From: a virus
Lineage: Duplodnaviria; Caudoviricetes
Virus record (IMG/VR): IMGVR_UViG_3300027740_000003
Location: 288,001-352,000 of that record
Reading direction: 5' to 3' (one strand)
Length of the DNA: 64,000 nucleotides
Shown: positions 38,758-48,707 of the stretch, piece after piece
Position numbering within the stretch: position 1 is the stretch's first letter
Layout of the letters: the number at the start of each line of letters is the position of its first letter
Notes under the pieces: model-generated
Seen by the model: the letters and a program-made list of their open reading frames with translations, nothing else
The model's database searches: none
What the model was told of the DNA's origin: nothing
Position numbers and translations under genes: made by a program

Positions 38758-38969
38758 TATAATTTCCTTAGTTTAAATTCAAAGTCCCTTGCTAATGCAT
38801 CCATCTTCCCGCCAGGAATGATCCCCAATCCCATTGTATCAATATATGGAAAAACACCTTCTCCCTCTGTATCAATTACATCACCTTCCAGCAATTGTTC
38901 AAATTGATCTAGGGTCATATTTTTTGCAGCAAGAATGTCTCCAACTGTAGTATCTTCTGTAATTCTCAT
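38757..38969 (-). CDS. Small hypothetical protein
   Basis: 70 aa, GAGG RBS, TAATG coupling. Confidence 0.6.
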   Translation of the reverse strand: MRITEDTTVGDILAAKNMTLDQFEQLLEGDVIDTEGEGVFPYIDTMGLGIIPGGKMDALARDFEFKLRKL

Positions 38970-38979
38970 AATTCCTCAA

Positions 38980-39858
38980 TTATGCATGATAGTTTGCATT
39001 CCAGTCATAGTTATCTGAACTGGTTATATCTACATCGTCATCCCTCAAATGTCCTCTGTCCATTCTCACAGCATAACCCATGTTATCTAACAATTCTAAT
39101 ACAGAAGCTTGTTCTCTAACATTTAGACCATATTTTTTAACCTGATCTTCAAAAATTCTTTCTATATCATGTCCTCCAGAAACCATACCATTGATACAAA
39201 CCTTAGCGATTCTGGCTAAAAGAATATCAACAGTGATTGTGGTCCTATTAACTCCAGAAATTTTCTGAGCCTCTTTAACTATCATATCCTGATACTCTGT
39301 AGAACTCTTTATCTTCTTTTTCTTTCCTCCAGCTGAAAGTCTTTCAAGCCGTTCTTTAAGTCTCTTCAAACCTTCTCTAATCTCTTTTCTGGCATTTTCT
39401 ACCTGAGATATATCTAACTCATCCTTTAAATCGCTTCTAACGGCTCTAGAAATAGCACTATCTAATCTTTCCAAGAAAGCAATTGCCCTTTCCACACCAG
39501 ACGTTTCATGTCCATGATATTTTGGAATAGAACCAAACATTCCTTGGAGCCAAGGTAAAAATTGAGCCAATCCGCCGGATTCCCAGTCCCATTTGTCTCT
39601 TTCAGCAACTTCAGCTTCGTCTTCTGCCTCTTCTACATCTATTTCCTCTTCAATTTCATCATCAAATTCTGCACCTGGAAGTTTTGGCAGAGAGAAATTG
39701 AATGTAATAGGCTCATCGTCATTTATTTGAAGCATTACTTGGCCTTCGCCATCTTCTATTTCATCTCCCACAGAAAGATCATTATCATCCACAAGAGATA
39801 CTTCTGGCTCGTCTTCCCAAATGTTTTCTTCTAATTGTGCTGTTTTTGCAAGGCTCAT
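38980..39858 (-). CDS. Acidic hypothetical head-module protein
   Basis: 292 aa; LAKTAQ and IVKEAQ sites. Confidence 0.65.
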   Translation of the reverse strand: MSLAKTAQLEENIWEDEPEVSLVDDNDLSVGDEIEDGEGQVMLQINDDEPITFNFSLPKLPGAEFDDEIEEEIDVEEAEDEAEVAERDKWDWESGGLAQFLPWLQGMFGSIPKYHGHETSGVERAIAFLERLDSAISRAVRSDLKDELDISQVENARKEIREGLKRLKERLERLSAGGKKKKIKSSTEYQDMIVKEAQKISGVNRTTITVDILLARIAKVCINGMVSGGHDIERIFEDQVKKYGLNVREQASVLELLDNMGYAVRMDRGHLRDDDVDITSSDNYDWNANYHA

Positions 39859-39887
39859 TGTTTTCCCTAAATGTGGCTATTCTCTAA

Positions 39888-42812
39888 TTAATGCTGTATT
39901 ATGCCATTTACAAATTTAAAACAGATGTTGCCGGTCTGGCTTTCTTTTAGTATTATTACGGGTAATTTGTCCAACCCCAATCCAACAGCTAAACTAACTC
40001 TTCCCCTTCCATCTCCAATCATTGTTCCAGCTTCTAATGTATCTACCAAAATAATAGGAGGTATATCCTTCCAAGTTTTTACTAAATCTCCCCATCCGGG
40101 CCGGAATCTGTTCAATTCCCCTATAAAATCCTCATCTGCTATTTCTTTCAATTCTCCCGGGTCAAATTCTCCCCAGCTAGAATAATCATCCCAATTCAAT
40201 ATCTCCTTTAAATTCATAATTTTTTGTTCAACTATATCATAGCGGGCTTCCCCAGTAAAAGTACAGTCTTCTTGAAGGATTGCGTGTTGTACTGCGTCTT
40301 CTATGTCTTTAGACATTGCTGCTTTAAATAATGGCGTCGCAATATTGTCTTTGTCATATTTATTCAAATGATTATTTATTTCTTCTATTTCTTCTGGTTT
40401 TAAAGAAGACTCTTTTGCAACACGGAAAATTTCCTTTAATCTTTTTTCTCCCAATCTAGCATTATTATTATTGCCAATAAGATCTTTTACATTTCTTACC
40501 CAGATATCATCATCTGCCAGCTCTGGCAAAACCATATATTCTAATCCATAAAGACGCTTCTCTCTTTCCGCTTCCCTTAAAACATAATTAAGATCACTTC
40601 TTCTGTCTTCTGAAATGGTTCTAGATTGAACCAAACCATTAGTATTTTTTATTAATACACTTTCTGGAAGAACAAAAGGATCTGGTAGCCGTAGAATTAA
40701 ATCATACCATCCATAAAAACGCTCATACTTATCATAATTTTCTACAACTTTATCTATATTTTCTACGGCCCATTGTAATATTTCATTTTTAACTTTTCCA
40801 AAACTACCATTACTTAAAACGTCTAAATAAGCTTTATCATCCTTATATTCTGTAGAAATATAGTGTGATTTTATATCTGACATTGTTTTATTCAAAATGT
40901 TTGCATAATCAGAATACCCTTCCATCTTCCAAAGTCTTTCAATAATAAATTGTAAATTTGATATAATTTTATCATATTTTGTAAACCAATTATCTCCCTC
41001 AAACATATCTGATATGTTTCTTTTTAGATAATATATATCTTTCATAAGTTCATCATGAATAATATAATCTTTCCAGTTATCTCCATATTCTTTTTTATAT
41101 TTAATTTGTAATACTCTTTGATCTTTATTTAGTTTTGATAATATATTGTTTATTGTGGGTGCAATAAATTTCACCATTTCGGAAAGTTGTTCTGGATCTG
41201 TTTTTTCTTTATAGTGATGTGGCAAATGTGTTCCATAAGCAGGATAATATTCTATTTCTATAGGAACACTAGAAGATTTTTCCAACTTGTCTTTAATTTT
41301 TTGTGCGTCTGTCTCTTCTAGAGGATCTGATATAAAAATAACAATCTTTACTAAACTATCTTTAAATTCAAATGGCAAAGGTAATGCCCATTCTAGTTCA
41401 TATCTATAAATTTCACTGGTATAAGTGGGTTTTCCCCTTTCATAATTTTCAGTACCAGCAAATCCCCTGTTCATAATTTCTTCATCAGACAAATATTTAA
41501 CTTTCTTAACGCCTCGTCTTTGAAGCTTCCCAGCATCAAAAACAAATACAATTGCACCGAATTTACCAACGGCCCTTATATCACTAGTAAATGATACATT
41601 TGTAAAACTAGACGAAAGCCTATATATAGCTCTATTCTTTAACATAGAATATGCTTCTTCAACAGAATCAGTCGCATGATATAAATACTTTCCCAAGGCA
41701 GAAAATTCTTGTTTTGGTTTTGTTTTTAAACTTCTTTCCCAAGTTCTTCGTTCCGAAAATTCTCTTTTAACCCAAGACAATTCAGTGTATAATTTATAAA
41801 CCTTGCTCGCGTTGTCATATTCTTCAGCTATCATAAGAAATTTTCTTAATTCATATAATTCTTTAAGAACAATGTCTATCTCTTGTTCTTGCCAGGTCAT
41901 TGTATTTTTGTCCCATCCCATAGACAAAACTCTATCAAACAACTTTTCAATATCTTTAAATATTTCAGGTTCTTTTGATTTGCTTTTAATTTCAGAAATT
42001 TCTCTTCTTAAATAATCAAATCTATCTTTTTGGGACAATTTTAAAAAAGCCTGTTTTTTCATTGAAAAATTTATTACAACATCTTTTTCTTTCGTCCAAC
42101 CACCTTCGTCCATTTCTATAAGTTTTGCCGGAATTTTATCTAATTTATATTTTTTGCTCAATAATAATCTATGTCGGCCATCTTGAACAAATATCTCCCC
42201 AGGATGATCCGGATACATTATTAACTCAATTGGTTTTAATTCTTTAGGATATTCTCCCGAGCTATTACTAAAAATAGGCTTAAGATGCTTAAAACTTTCC
42301 TCTCTCAATCCTTTTGAATAAATATTTATATCATCGGCATAAATTTCTTCAACTGATGCTATTTTTTCTATACTATTTTCGGTACTTCCCTGGAGCGAAT
42401 AAATTCCATAGTAAGTATTTCTGCTGATATTATTATCTCCATACCAACCCATTGGATAAGAATATAATCCATCATAAGATGTTTGATCATAAACCCTAGT
42501 ATAATACTTAGAAGGCTCTAAATTATACGATCCCTCTCCGGGTGTATCGCTATCAAAATTACACTCAACAGCCTCCTTGTCCTCAATTATCTTTCCAGCA
42601 AATGGACATATCTGCCCATCTGATTGCAATATACAGAGTTTTCTATTTGCATTAATTAGAGCAACTATTTCTTCCTTCTCAGCGTCATCACCAAGAATAT
42701 CAATAGGAGCCATTCTGCGCACGCTATCTCCACAACTCTTGCAAGCCGTAGGTATATTGAGCCCAAATGGACACTCTTTGTCTTTGAGAATAGCCGCCAG
42801 TTTACACTTCAT
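39888..42812 (-). CDS. Polyvalent protein: Cys-rich N-domain, ParB-like domain, possible ART-fold domain, second ParB-like domain
   Basis: IFVQDGRHRL and MIGDGRGRV (ParB/Srx DGxxR motifs); YHAT...VSFTS...YELEW resembles an ADP-ribosyltransferase triad. Confidence 0.55.
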   Translation of the reverse strand: MKCKLAAILKDKECPFGLNIPTACKSCGDSVRRMAPIDILGDDAEKEEIVALINANRKLCILQSDGQICPFAGKIIEDKEAVECNFDSDTPGEGSYNLEPSKYYTRVYDQTSYDGLYSYPMGWYGDNNISRNTYYGIYSLQGSTENSIEKIASVEEIYADDINIYSKGLREESFKHLKPIFSNSSGEYPKELKPIELIMYPDHPGEIFVQDGRHRLLLSKKYKLDKIPAKLIEMDEGGWTKEKDVVINFSMKKQAFLKLSQKDRFDYLRREISEIKSKSKEPEIFKDIEKLFDRVLSMGWDKNTMTWQEQEIDIVLKELYELRKFLMIAEEYDNASKVYKLYTELSWVKREFSERRTWERSLKTKPKQEFSALGKYLYHATDSVEEAYSMLKNRAIYRLSSSFTNVSFTSDIRAVGKFGAIVFVFDAGKLQRRGVKKVKYLSDEEIMNRGFAGTENYERGKPTYTSEIYRYELEWALPLPFEFKDSLVKIVIFISDPLEETDAQKIKDKLEKSSSVPIEIEYYPAYGTHLPHHYKEKTDPEQLSEMVKFIAPTINNILSKLNKDQRVLQIKYKKEYGDNWKDYIIHDELMKDIYYLKRNISDMFEGDNWFTKYDKIISNLQFIIERLWKMEGYSDYANILNKTMSDIKSHYISTEYKDDKAYLDVLSNGSFGKVKNEILQWAVENIDKVVENYDKYERFYGWYDLILRLPDPFVLPESVLIKNTNGLVQSRTISEDRRSDLNYVLREAEREKRLYGLEYMVLPELADDDIWVRNVKDLIGNNNNARLGEKRLKEIFRVAKESSLKPEEIEEINNHLNKYDKDNIATPLFKAAMSKDIEDAVQHAILQEDCTFTGEARYDIVEQKIMNLKEILNWDDYSSWGEFDPGELKEIADEDFIGELNRFRPGWGDLVKTWKDIPPIILVDTLEAGTMIGDGRGRVSLAVGLGLDKLPVIILKESQTGNICFKFVNGIIQH

Positions 42813-44643
42813 TATATAATATCCTAGTTAATTCGTCCAACATTGCTAACTTCTTTCCCTTAGCTTTGTACCTACGCTTCCTTTGCTTCTTTATAAAATC
42901 TTTTATAGGTTTACCTCCATATGGCAATCCATTATTCTGGGAATATGGCCCCGAACCTAAATCTGGATTCTTTGATATCATTGGGCCATGTGGTCCAGGC
43001 CACTCCCTAACCTGCCCTCCTTCGTCCTTCTTCTGTTTCTTTTTGCCAGCTTGTTTATTTATTTTAATATATTGTCTGGCTATTTCTAAAGCTTCTTCCT
43101 TAGAAAGAGCTGGATTTTCAAGCAACTTATCATCAATTAACTTCATTATCTGCCCGATTATAGGCCCTTTTTTAATTCCAAGACCTATAATATCATTACC
43201 TGAAATGGGTCTGGCCATTACAGTTTGACCACCAGGCAAAGCTTTTCTTATATTATTTCTTAATGTTTCATATCTGCCCGTCTCAGAAGCAATTTGCTCT
43301 GGGCTCATTTTTTCCTTTCCTAAAGCATCTGCTGCCCCTAAATCTATACCATGTTCCCATTCGTCCCCTAATTCTCTGGTATACTTACGATAAGCTTTTT
43401 CACTTACTCCTTCGTCTAATAAACCATGTGTCCTCATATGAGAATCAATTAATAATTTTACTCTTTTTATTATGTCTTTAGGCGCTTTAAGCCTATTTAG
43501 AATGGTTTCTGCCAATTGTCCGGAAAGTTCTTCATGGCCATGATATGTTGTATGTCCTGATTCGTTGGTCCCATGAACACCTTGATATCTTTTACCAATA
43601 TCATGAAGAAGTCCGGCAAGATTTCTAACTAGATATGTTTCATATTCTTCTTTAATAGGCTGTTTTGTTTGGTCTACTAGATTTTTAACAACAGATAATG
43701 TGTGCCCCCAAATATTAAGATTATGATGAGGATTATTCTGTTCTGTATCCCAAGGGACCAGCTGTTCTGATAGACCCATATCTCTCATTTCTTCTTCTGT
43801 TGGATCAAATATTAGTTCTAATAGACCTAATTGTTTAAGCAAAGACATTGCTCCTGTCGGGTCTTGGCCAATTAATGCTCCCGGTTTCCACTTATCTCCT
43901 TCCTTTTTACCAGCAAGCTCTGCCCAAATCCTTTCTTGAGACATCTTCTTTTTAAATGCTTCCTTGACATCAGGATTATGTGCGGCATTAATAATTCCAG
44001 GATCTAACTTCAGACCATATCTTGCAGCAAACCTAACTGTTCTTAATATGCGCAAAGGATCATCAAGAAATGTTTGAACCGGATCCATTGGCGTTCTGGC
44101 AATCCCTGCTTTTAAATCTTTTAATCCACCAACAAAATCTTCTATCTCATCTGTGTTGATATTATAAAATAATGCATTAATTGTCAAATCCCTTCTCTTG
44201 GAATCCTCTTCTGGAGTTCCTGTCTCTATTTGAGGAATTCTACTATCTGCATATGTTTCTGTTCTCAAATTAACAAAATCAATAGGCAAACCAAATAATC
44301 TAACCATTGCTGTGGCTAAATGCTTGGACTGATCTGGGTTAGATTGAACAACAGAAATTTCATGTGTCTTTAATCCTTTTTCTCTCATATATTCATTAAC
44401 AATATTTGCAAACTTTTCTCCTGTCATATTACTAATTGCAACGTCTATATCATTGGATGTTTTGCCCATCAATTTATCTCTAATCCACCCACCGGCAACC
44501 CTCAAAATAGTATCAGGAGTTTTATTTTTAATAACCTCTTTCAATAAAGAAAATATATTATCTTCCGTACTTGTTAAAGAAATATTCGTGTTCATAGAAT
44601 ATTTTTCAAATAAAGAAGATAATTTAACAACCAAATCAATCAT
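42802..44643 (-). CDS. cca: Class II tRNA nucleotidyltransferase (CCA-adding type) with HD domain
   Basis: VAGGWIRDKL...NDIDVA, RRDLTINAL, DDPLRILR; HD domain HT...LLHDIGK...HGHE. Confidence 0.85.
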   Translation of the reverse strand: MIDLVVKLSSLFEKYSMNTNISLTSTEDNIFSLLKEVIKNKTPDTILRVAGGWIRDKLMGKTSNDIDVAISNMTGEKFANIVNEYMREKGLKTHEISVVQSNPDQSKHLATAMVRLFGLPIDFVNLRTETYADSRIPQIETGTPEEDSKRRDLTINALFYNINTDEIEDFVGGLKDLKAGIARTPMDPVQTFLDDPLRILRTVRFAARYGLKLDPGIINAAHNPDVKEAFKKKMSQERIWAELAGKKEGDKWKPGALIGQDPTGAMSLLKQLGLLELIFDPTEEEMRDMGLSEQLVPWDTEQNNPHHNLNIWGHTLSVVKNLVDQTKQPIKEEYETYLVRNLAGLLHDIGKRYQGVHGTNESGHTTYHGHEELSGQLAETILNRLKAPKDIIKRVKLLIDSHMRTHGLLDEGVSEKAYRKYTRELGDEWEHGIDLGAADALGKEKMSPEQIASETGRYETLRNNIRKALPGGQTVMARPISGNDIIGLGIKKGPIIGQIMKLIDDKLLENPALSKEEALEIARQYIKINKQAGKKKQKKDEGGQVREWPGPHGPMISKNPDLGSGPYSQNNGLPYGGKPIKDFIKKQRKRRYKAKGKKLAMLDELTRILYNEV

Positions 44644-45395
44644 AAAATACCTACATTGTGCGACATATAAGGTGCTATTTTATCAGAAACAGGAATATAT
44701 GGCCATAGTCCCATTTCGTCCAATAACTTCACTGAAATATCTGGGTTATATTCAAATGCTTTATTAATCTTTTTTGATACATATTCTTGACCACCATTGG
44801 CCGTAATTTTTTCGGGATATTGTTTGACCCATTTTATAATTTCTTGATCAACCTGAAACCCTAATTTGGCAGCCATATATACAACTCTAACAATTCTTCT
44901 ATTATCAGATCCAAGAGTTATTCTTGCTGGCAAACATGTTCTTAATTTTTTTTCCTTTATATCTTGTATTCCCAAACCAATTGGATCAAATATCTTTTTA
45001 AGATCCAATTTCATAAGCAATGCGTTGCAGGTAAAGTCTCTACTATACAATTCTTGTTGCATTGCTGTAGGATTTTTCATTCCCACCGAGGAAAGCATTT
45101 TTATTATTCCTGGCTCAATATAATTTGTTGAGAAATCTAGTTTTATCCCTGGGAAAATAAGCTGAGCATGACCGTCATTCATTTCTTTGAATGATGATTG
45201 TCCAGCCGTTTTGGTTGCCATTGTCTTGGCAAGTATATGAATTGAATTGTCTCCAGTAGTAATATCAATGTCTTCAATTGTCATGGGTTTACCCATAACT
45301 TTGTCTCTAGGAGTCCCTCCACAAATAAAAGGTGTAGCTGTCCCTAATTCTTGTGCCGTTTTGGACAATAAATCAAGTATCTCTTTTAATTGCAT
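44640..45395 (-). CDS. Second, shorter class II nucleotidyltransferase (CC-adding or poly(A) polymerase-like)
   Basis: ICGGTPRD...DIDIT, SRDFTCNAL, FDPIGLGIQDI, DNRRIVR. Confidence 0.75.
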   Translation of the reverse strand: MQLKEILDLLSKTAQELGTATPFICGGTPRDKVMGKPMTIEDIDITTGDNSIHILAKTMATKTAGQSSFKEMNDGHAQLIFPGIKLDFSTNYIEPGIIKMLSSVGMKNPTAMQQELYSRDFTCNALLMKLDLKKIFDPIGLGIQDIKEKKLRTCLPARITLGSDNRRIVRVVYMAAKLGFQVDQEIIKWVKQYPEKITANGGQEYVSKKINKAFEYNPDISVKLLDEMGLWPYIPVSDKIAPYMSHNVGIL

Positions 45396-47215
45396 TATAC
45401 TCTAACTCCTGGTTGTTTTGGCGCCTCCACTTCCACCGGAGCTGCTAATTCTGGTGCCTCATTTGCCTTTGGAGGCTCCTCTGGGGCAACTTTAGGAGGA
45501 ACTGTTCCTGGAGCCCCTGGAACAGCCGGAGGGCCTCCTGGAGTCATATTAGCCTGCTCCTTTTGCTGACGCTTCTCGGAATCATTATCCTCTGCTGTCT
45601 CAAGTTTCTGTTTTAGAATATCAAGCTGGCCACTCTCTGCCGCCGAAGCTCCTCGCAACTTAGCCAATATGTCCTCGATACGTGTTAAAACATACTGATT
45701 CGAATCAAGTGCAGATTTGGTTGCCTCTGCCATATTTGGGAAATATGAAGATATTCCAACAGCATCCATCATTAAATCAACTATTGTTAATTCTCTTGCT
45801 AATGGCCTATTTTTATAAAGCTGAGTTAGTCCCTCTAATTTAAGAATAATATCTTTAATTGTAATATGCTTTAAAGCTTCTTCTATTACTTCATCTCCGT
45901 CTTTTGTAGTTGGGGTTATAGCGGAATCTGGAACAATAGGATCAGAGGCAGGTGGAACCTCTGGTATAGGCGCTTCCTGAGCCATCTTATACAAATCATA
46001 TTCTTCCTCTGAAACAACAAGATCATCAGCCTCGAACTTCTCTTCTTTTTCCTTATTCTTGTCCGGTTTTGCTCCCAAATTCTCCATAAACTCATTCATG
46101 GCAGCATCAGGGTCATTATCCGTCTCTCCTCCAGCACCTCCCATATCCGGCATATCAGGAGGAAGTTCCAAATCTCCACCACCTTCTCCAACAGGAGGAG
46201 GAGCAACTGGCGCACCCTGCGCCGTTTTTACCATAACATTTGTATCAACCAAACCAATAGCACTAACATATAATAATGCCACATCTGTCTTTGATCCATT
46301 ATTGATGCGCAATTTGTTGCCATATTTTATGACCAAGTCCTCTATAGTGGCCACATTCTGTATTGGTGCAGTTTGTAATTTCCTTTTTAATTGCTGTAAT
46401 GTTGCTAACCAAGCTTCATGTTCAGTTCCAAGCAATTTTCTAAAATCATCATTAAAAGCATATAATTTCTCGGCGGAAGTTAATCTTGCAACAATCTGTT
46501 GAACCAAATCTCTTATTGTTTTTTTCTTTTCTGCTTTACTTTGCACTTCTTCAGGTTCATCTTCTTGTGGCCCCATAGGAATCCTAGCTTTTGGAAAAGA
46601 TCCAATCGGAACCGGGGCGCCACCAAAATCATGGTAAACCTTCTCGCTTTCCGCAGCAAGTTTGTAAGATAAATGATTTCCACCTTCGTAGAATTTTAAC
46701 CAGTGTTCAAAGTCTCTTTTTTCCATGGTATCCCATTTTTCAGTAATTTTATCAATTGCTTGTTTTTGATTCAACCCTTTATATTTTAAAGCATAAATGC
46801 CTCGCATGGCTTGAACCCATTTCTCTAATTGACGTGGAGGCTGATAGAACCCTTGATCTGTCCCCTGTGGATATGCCATTTTCTTAATAGGTCCAATATC
46901 TTTTATTGCTGCCTCAACTGCCCTATAAAAATTAGTAATTGTATTTATTGGATTTTCTTCTCTTTTACCATAAACTACATGTGCTATTTTAGCCAATTCC
47001 TCTGTTTCTACATTCCCAACAATATCTTTTATTATCATTGGAACATAGGCCATTACATAAAAAAAATCTCGATAATCTTCCTCATTATCAACCCCCGCAG
47101 AACACATTGCTGAAAATGTGTCATGAAGCTCTGTTAATAATTCTTTTTTATCATTACCGGCATTTTTTTCAATAAAATCTATTCTTTCTTTTAACTTATT
47201 TATAATAAAACTCAT
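45395..47215 (-). CDS. Conserved-type head-module protein with Pro-rich linkers
   Basis: 606 aa; KNA, KMA, KLA, KTAQ and KMAQ at segment boundaries. Confidence 0.65.
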   Translation of the reverse strand: MSFIINKLKERIDFIEKNAGNDKKELLTELHDTFSAMCSAGVDNEEDYRDFFYVMAYVPMIIKDIVGNVETEELAKIAHVVYGKREENPINTITNFYRAVEAAIKDIGPIKKMAYPQGTDQGFYQPPRQLEKWVQAMRGIYALKYKGLNQKQAIDKITEKWDTMEKRDFEHWLKFYEGGNHLSYKLAAESEKVYHDFGGAPVPIGSFPKARIPMGPQEDEPEEVQSKAEKKKTIRDLVQQIVARLTSAEKLYAFNDDFRKLLGTEHEAWLATLQQLKRKLQTAPIQNVATIEDLVIKYGNKLRINNGSKTDVALLYVSAIGLVDTNVMVKTAQGAPVAPPPVGEGGGDLELPPDMPDMGGAGGETDNDPDAAMNEFMENLGAKPDKNKEKEEKFEADDLVVSEEEYDLYKMAQEAPIPEVPPASDPIVPDSAITPTTKDGDEVIEEALKHITIKDIILKLEGLTQLYKNRPLARELTIVDLMMDAVGISSYFPNMAEATKSALDSNQYVLTRIEDILAKLRGASAAESGQLDILKQKLETAEDNDSEKRQQKEQANMTPGGPPAVPGAPGTVPPKVAPEEPPKANEAPELAAPVEVEAPKQPGVRV

Positions 47216-47967
47216 TCTTCTCCCTCCTTTTCTAAAAGGGAGTTAACTTTAGTATTTAATATTTGAACCTCATTTATTCTTTTTTCAATTGATACGGTTT
47301 GTGGTTTAGGCTCCTCAAGCATTGGCATTTTTTCATTCATTTTTTCCATAAATAAAAATGCCATCTGAGGATCAACTTCTGCACACGTTTCCCTAATGGC
47401 ATCTTGAAGAAATATTGTATATTGTTGTGTTGCTTGAATATTTATATTATGCTGTACAACCATATCAGGTGCTTCATTTATAATCTTATTGGCTTTTTCA
47501 AGAGCATTTATAAGTACCTCAAACCATTTTATTAATCCATAATCTGGTTTCAAATTAGAAGGATTCTCCTGCATCTTATCAAAGTATTGCTCAACCCTAG
47601 ACTCCATTAAAAAAATCAATTTTGTTAATGTTTTCTTAAGATCAATCTCGTTATCTGCTAACTCATTTATTCTTTCTCTATAAGTTTTATTATTTCTCAA
47701 AGAAGCAGCAATTTCTTTATTTAAATTCTGCCCATTCTTTATTCCAGAAATGTCCTGTTGGATCTGTTTATTCAGATCCATAACTCCGTCATTATCCGCA
47801 AATTCCTTCAACAAAGCGGCTGAAAGACGCAGATGACTCTGTTCCTTTTCAGGATATTTTAACTTAAGCCAATCGGCAACATCCTTAGATCGGATGCCGG
47901 TCATCAATTTGCTTATTATCTCATCCTTATTTGGGTGAGAAAGAATCTTACTAAAATCTGCAACCAT
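47212..47967 (-). CDS. Helical protein with N-terminal HTH-like segment (terminase small subunit candidate)
   Basis: IISKLMTGIRSKDVADWLK followed by helical bundle; the TerS idea is inference only. Confidence 0.35.
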   Translation of the reverse strand: MVADFSKILSHPNKDEIISKLMTGIRSKDVADWLKLKYPEKEQSHLRLSAALLKEFADNDGVMDLNKQIQQDISGIKNGQNLNKEIAASLRNNKTYRERINELADNEIDLKKTLTKLIFLMESRVEQYFDKMQENPSNLKPDYGLIKWFEVLINALEKANKIINEAPDMVVQHNINIQATQQYTIFLQDAIRETCAEVDPQMAFLFMEKMNEKMPMLEEPKPQTVSIEKRINEVQILNTKVNSLLEKEGEE

Positions 47968-47981
47968 TTATTCTCCGCAAA

Positions 47982-48707
47982 TTAGCCCCGATTTAGGACC
48001 TCTTCACGGGAACTAAAGTTCATGCTGTCTTGGGCCCTGAATCCGAGCTGTGCTGTTTGGTTGGATACATCACTTCCTGGTACAACATTGCCCTTCGCTG
48101 TGGTATATCCTGCTTTAAAATCATATATCTTCTTAGTTATTGGACATTGCCAAATTCCTTCACCAATTCTAACTAAACTTACACCAGGCATGTCCGGACT
48201 ATATCTAGTGCTTAATGATGCCTCCATTGGCCTATATTTCTTTACCTTTGCATCAATTTCTTTTATTGCATCATTTACATTAATTTCTTTTTTAAACTGC
48301 TCCCTGCCTTTTGTATATTCATCACGGTTTGTATCACGATATTTTGCCCGAAGTCTGTCTATCTCATCTTCCTGGGCCTTCTTGAAGGCCCCTTGCGCTT
48401 TTGGGTCAGCACCTATGGTAAGCAGTATCTCGTCCATTACTGATGCCTGCTTCTGTAAGAATTCATCTCCGCTCTCATCAAACGCCTGTGCTAATATAGC
48501 AAATTCGTCCAAATCTTGAGCTTTTAATCCTTCTTTTTCACCCAGTATACTTGTGGCTATTTTTAAATGTTCTGCCGCTTCTTGTAAAGCCGAAACAAAT
48601 AAAACCAAATCTTCATCATTTAATAGTTGCTCAGCCTCTTTTAAAAAAGAACTGTCCGGCAAAGAACATTCATTAACTAATTTTGCAAATTTTTCTATTA
48701 ATTTCAT
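47982..48707 (-). CDS. Hypothetical head-module protein
   Basis: 241 aa; AQAFDESGDEFLQKQASVMD hairpin module. Confidence 0.6.
   Translation of the reverse strand: MKLIEKFAKLVNECSLPDSSFLKEAEQLLNDEDLVLFVSALQEAAEHLKIATSILGEKEGLKAQDLDEFAILAQAFDESGDEFLQKQASVMDEILLTIGADPKAQGAFKKAQEDEIDRLRAKYRDTNRDEYTKGREQFKKEINVNDAIKEIDAKVKKYRPMEASLSTRYSPDMPGVSLVRIGEGIWQCPITKKIYDFKAGYTTAKGNVVPGSDVSNQTAQLGFRAQDSMNFSSREEVLNRG

Noticed and set aside
42802-45395. tRNA genes expected near the CCA enzymes
   Set aside because: No cloverleaf or T-loop signature recognised; intergenic gaps are too short. tRNAscan-SE would confirm.
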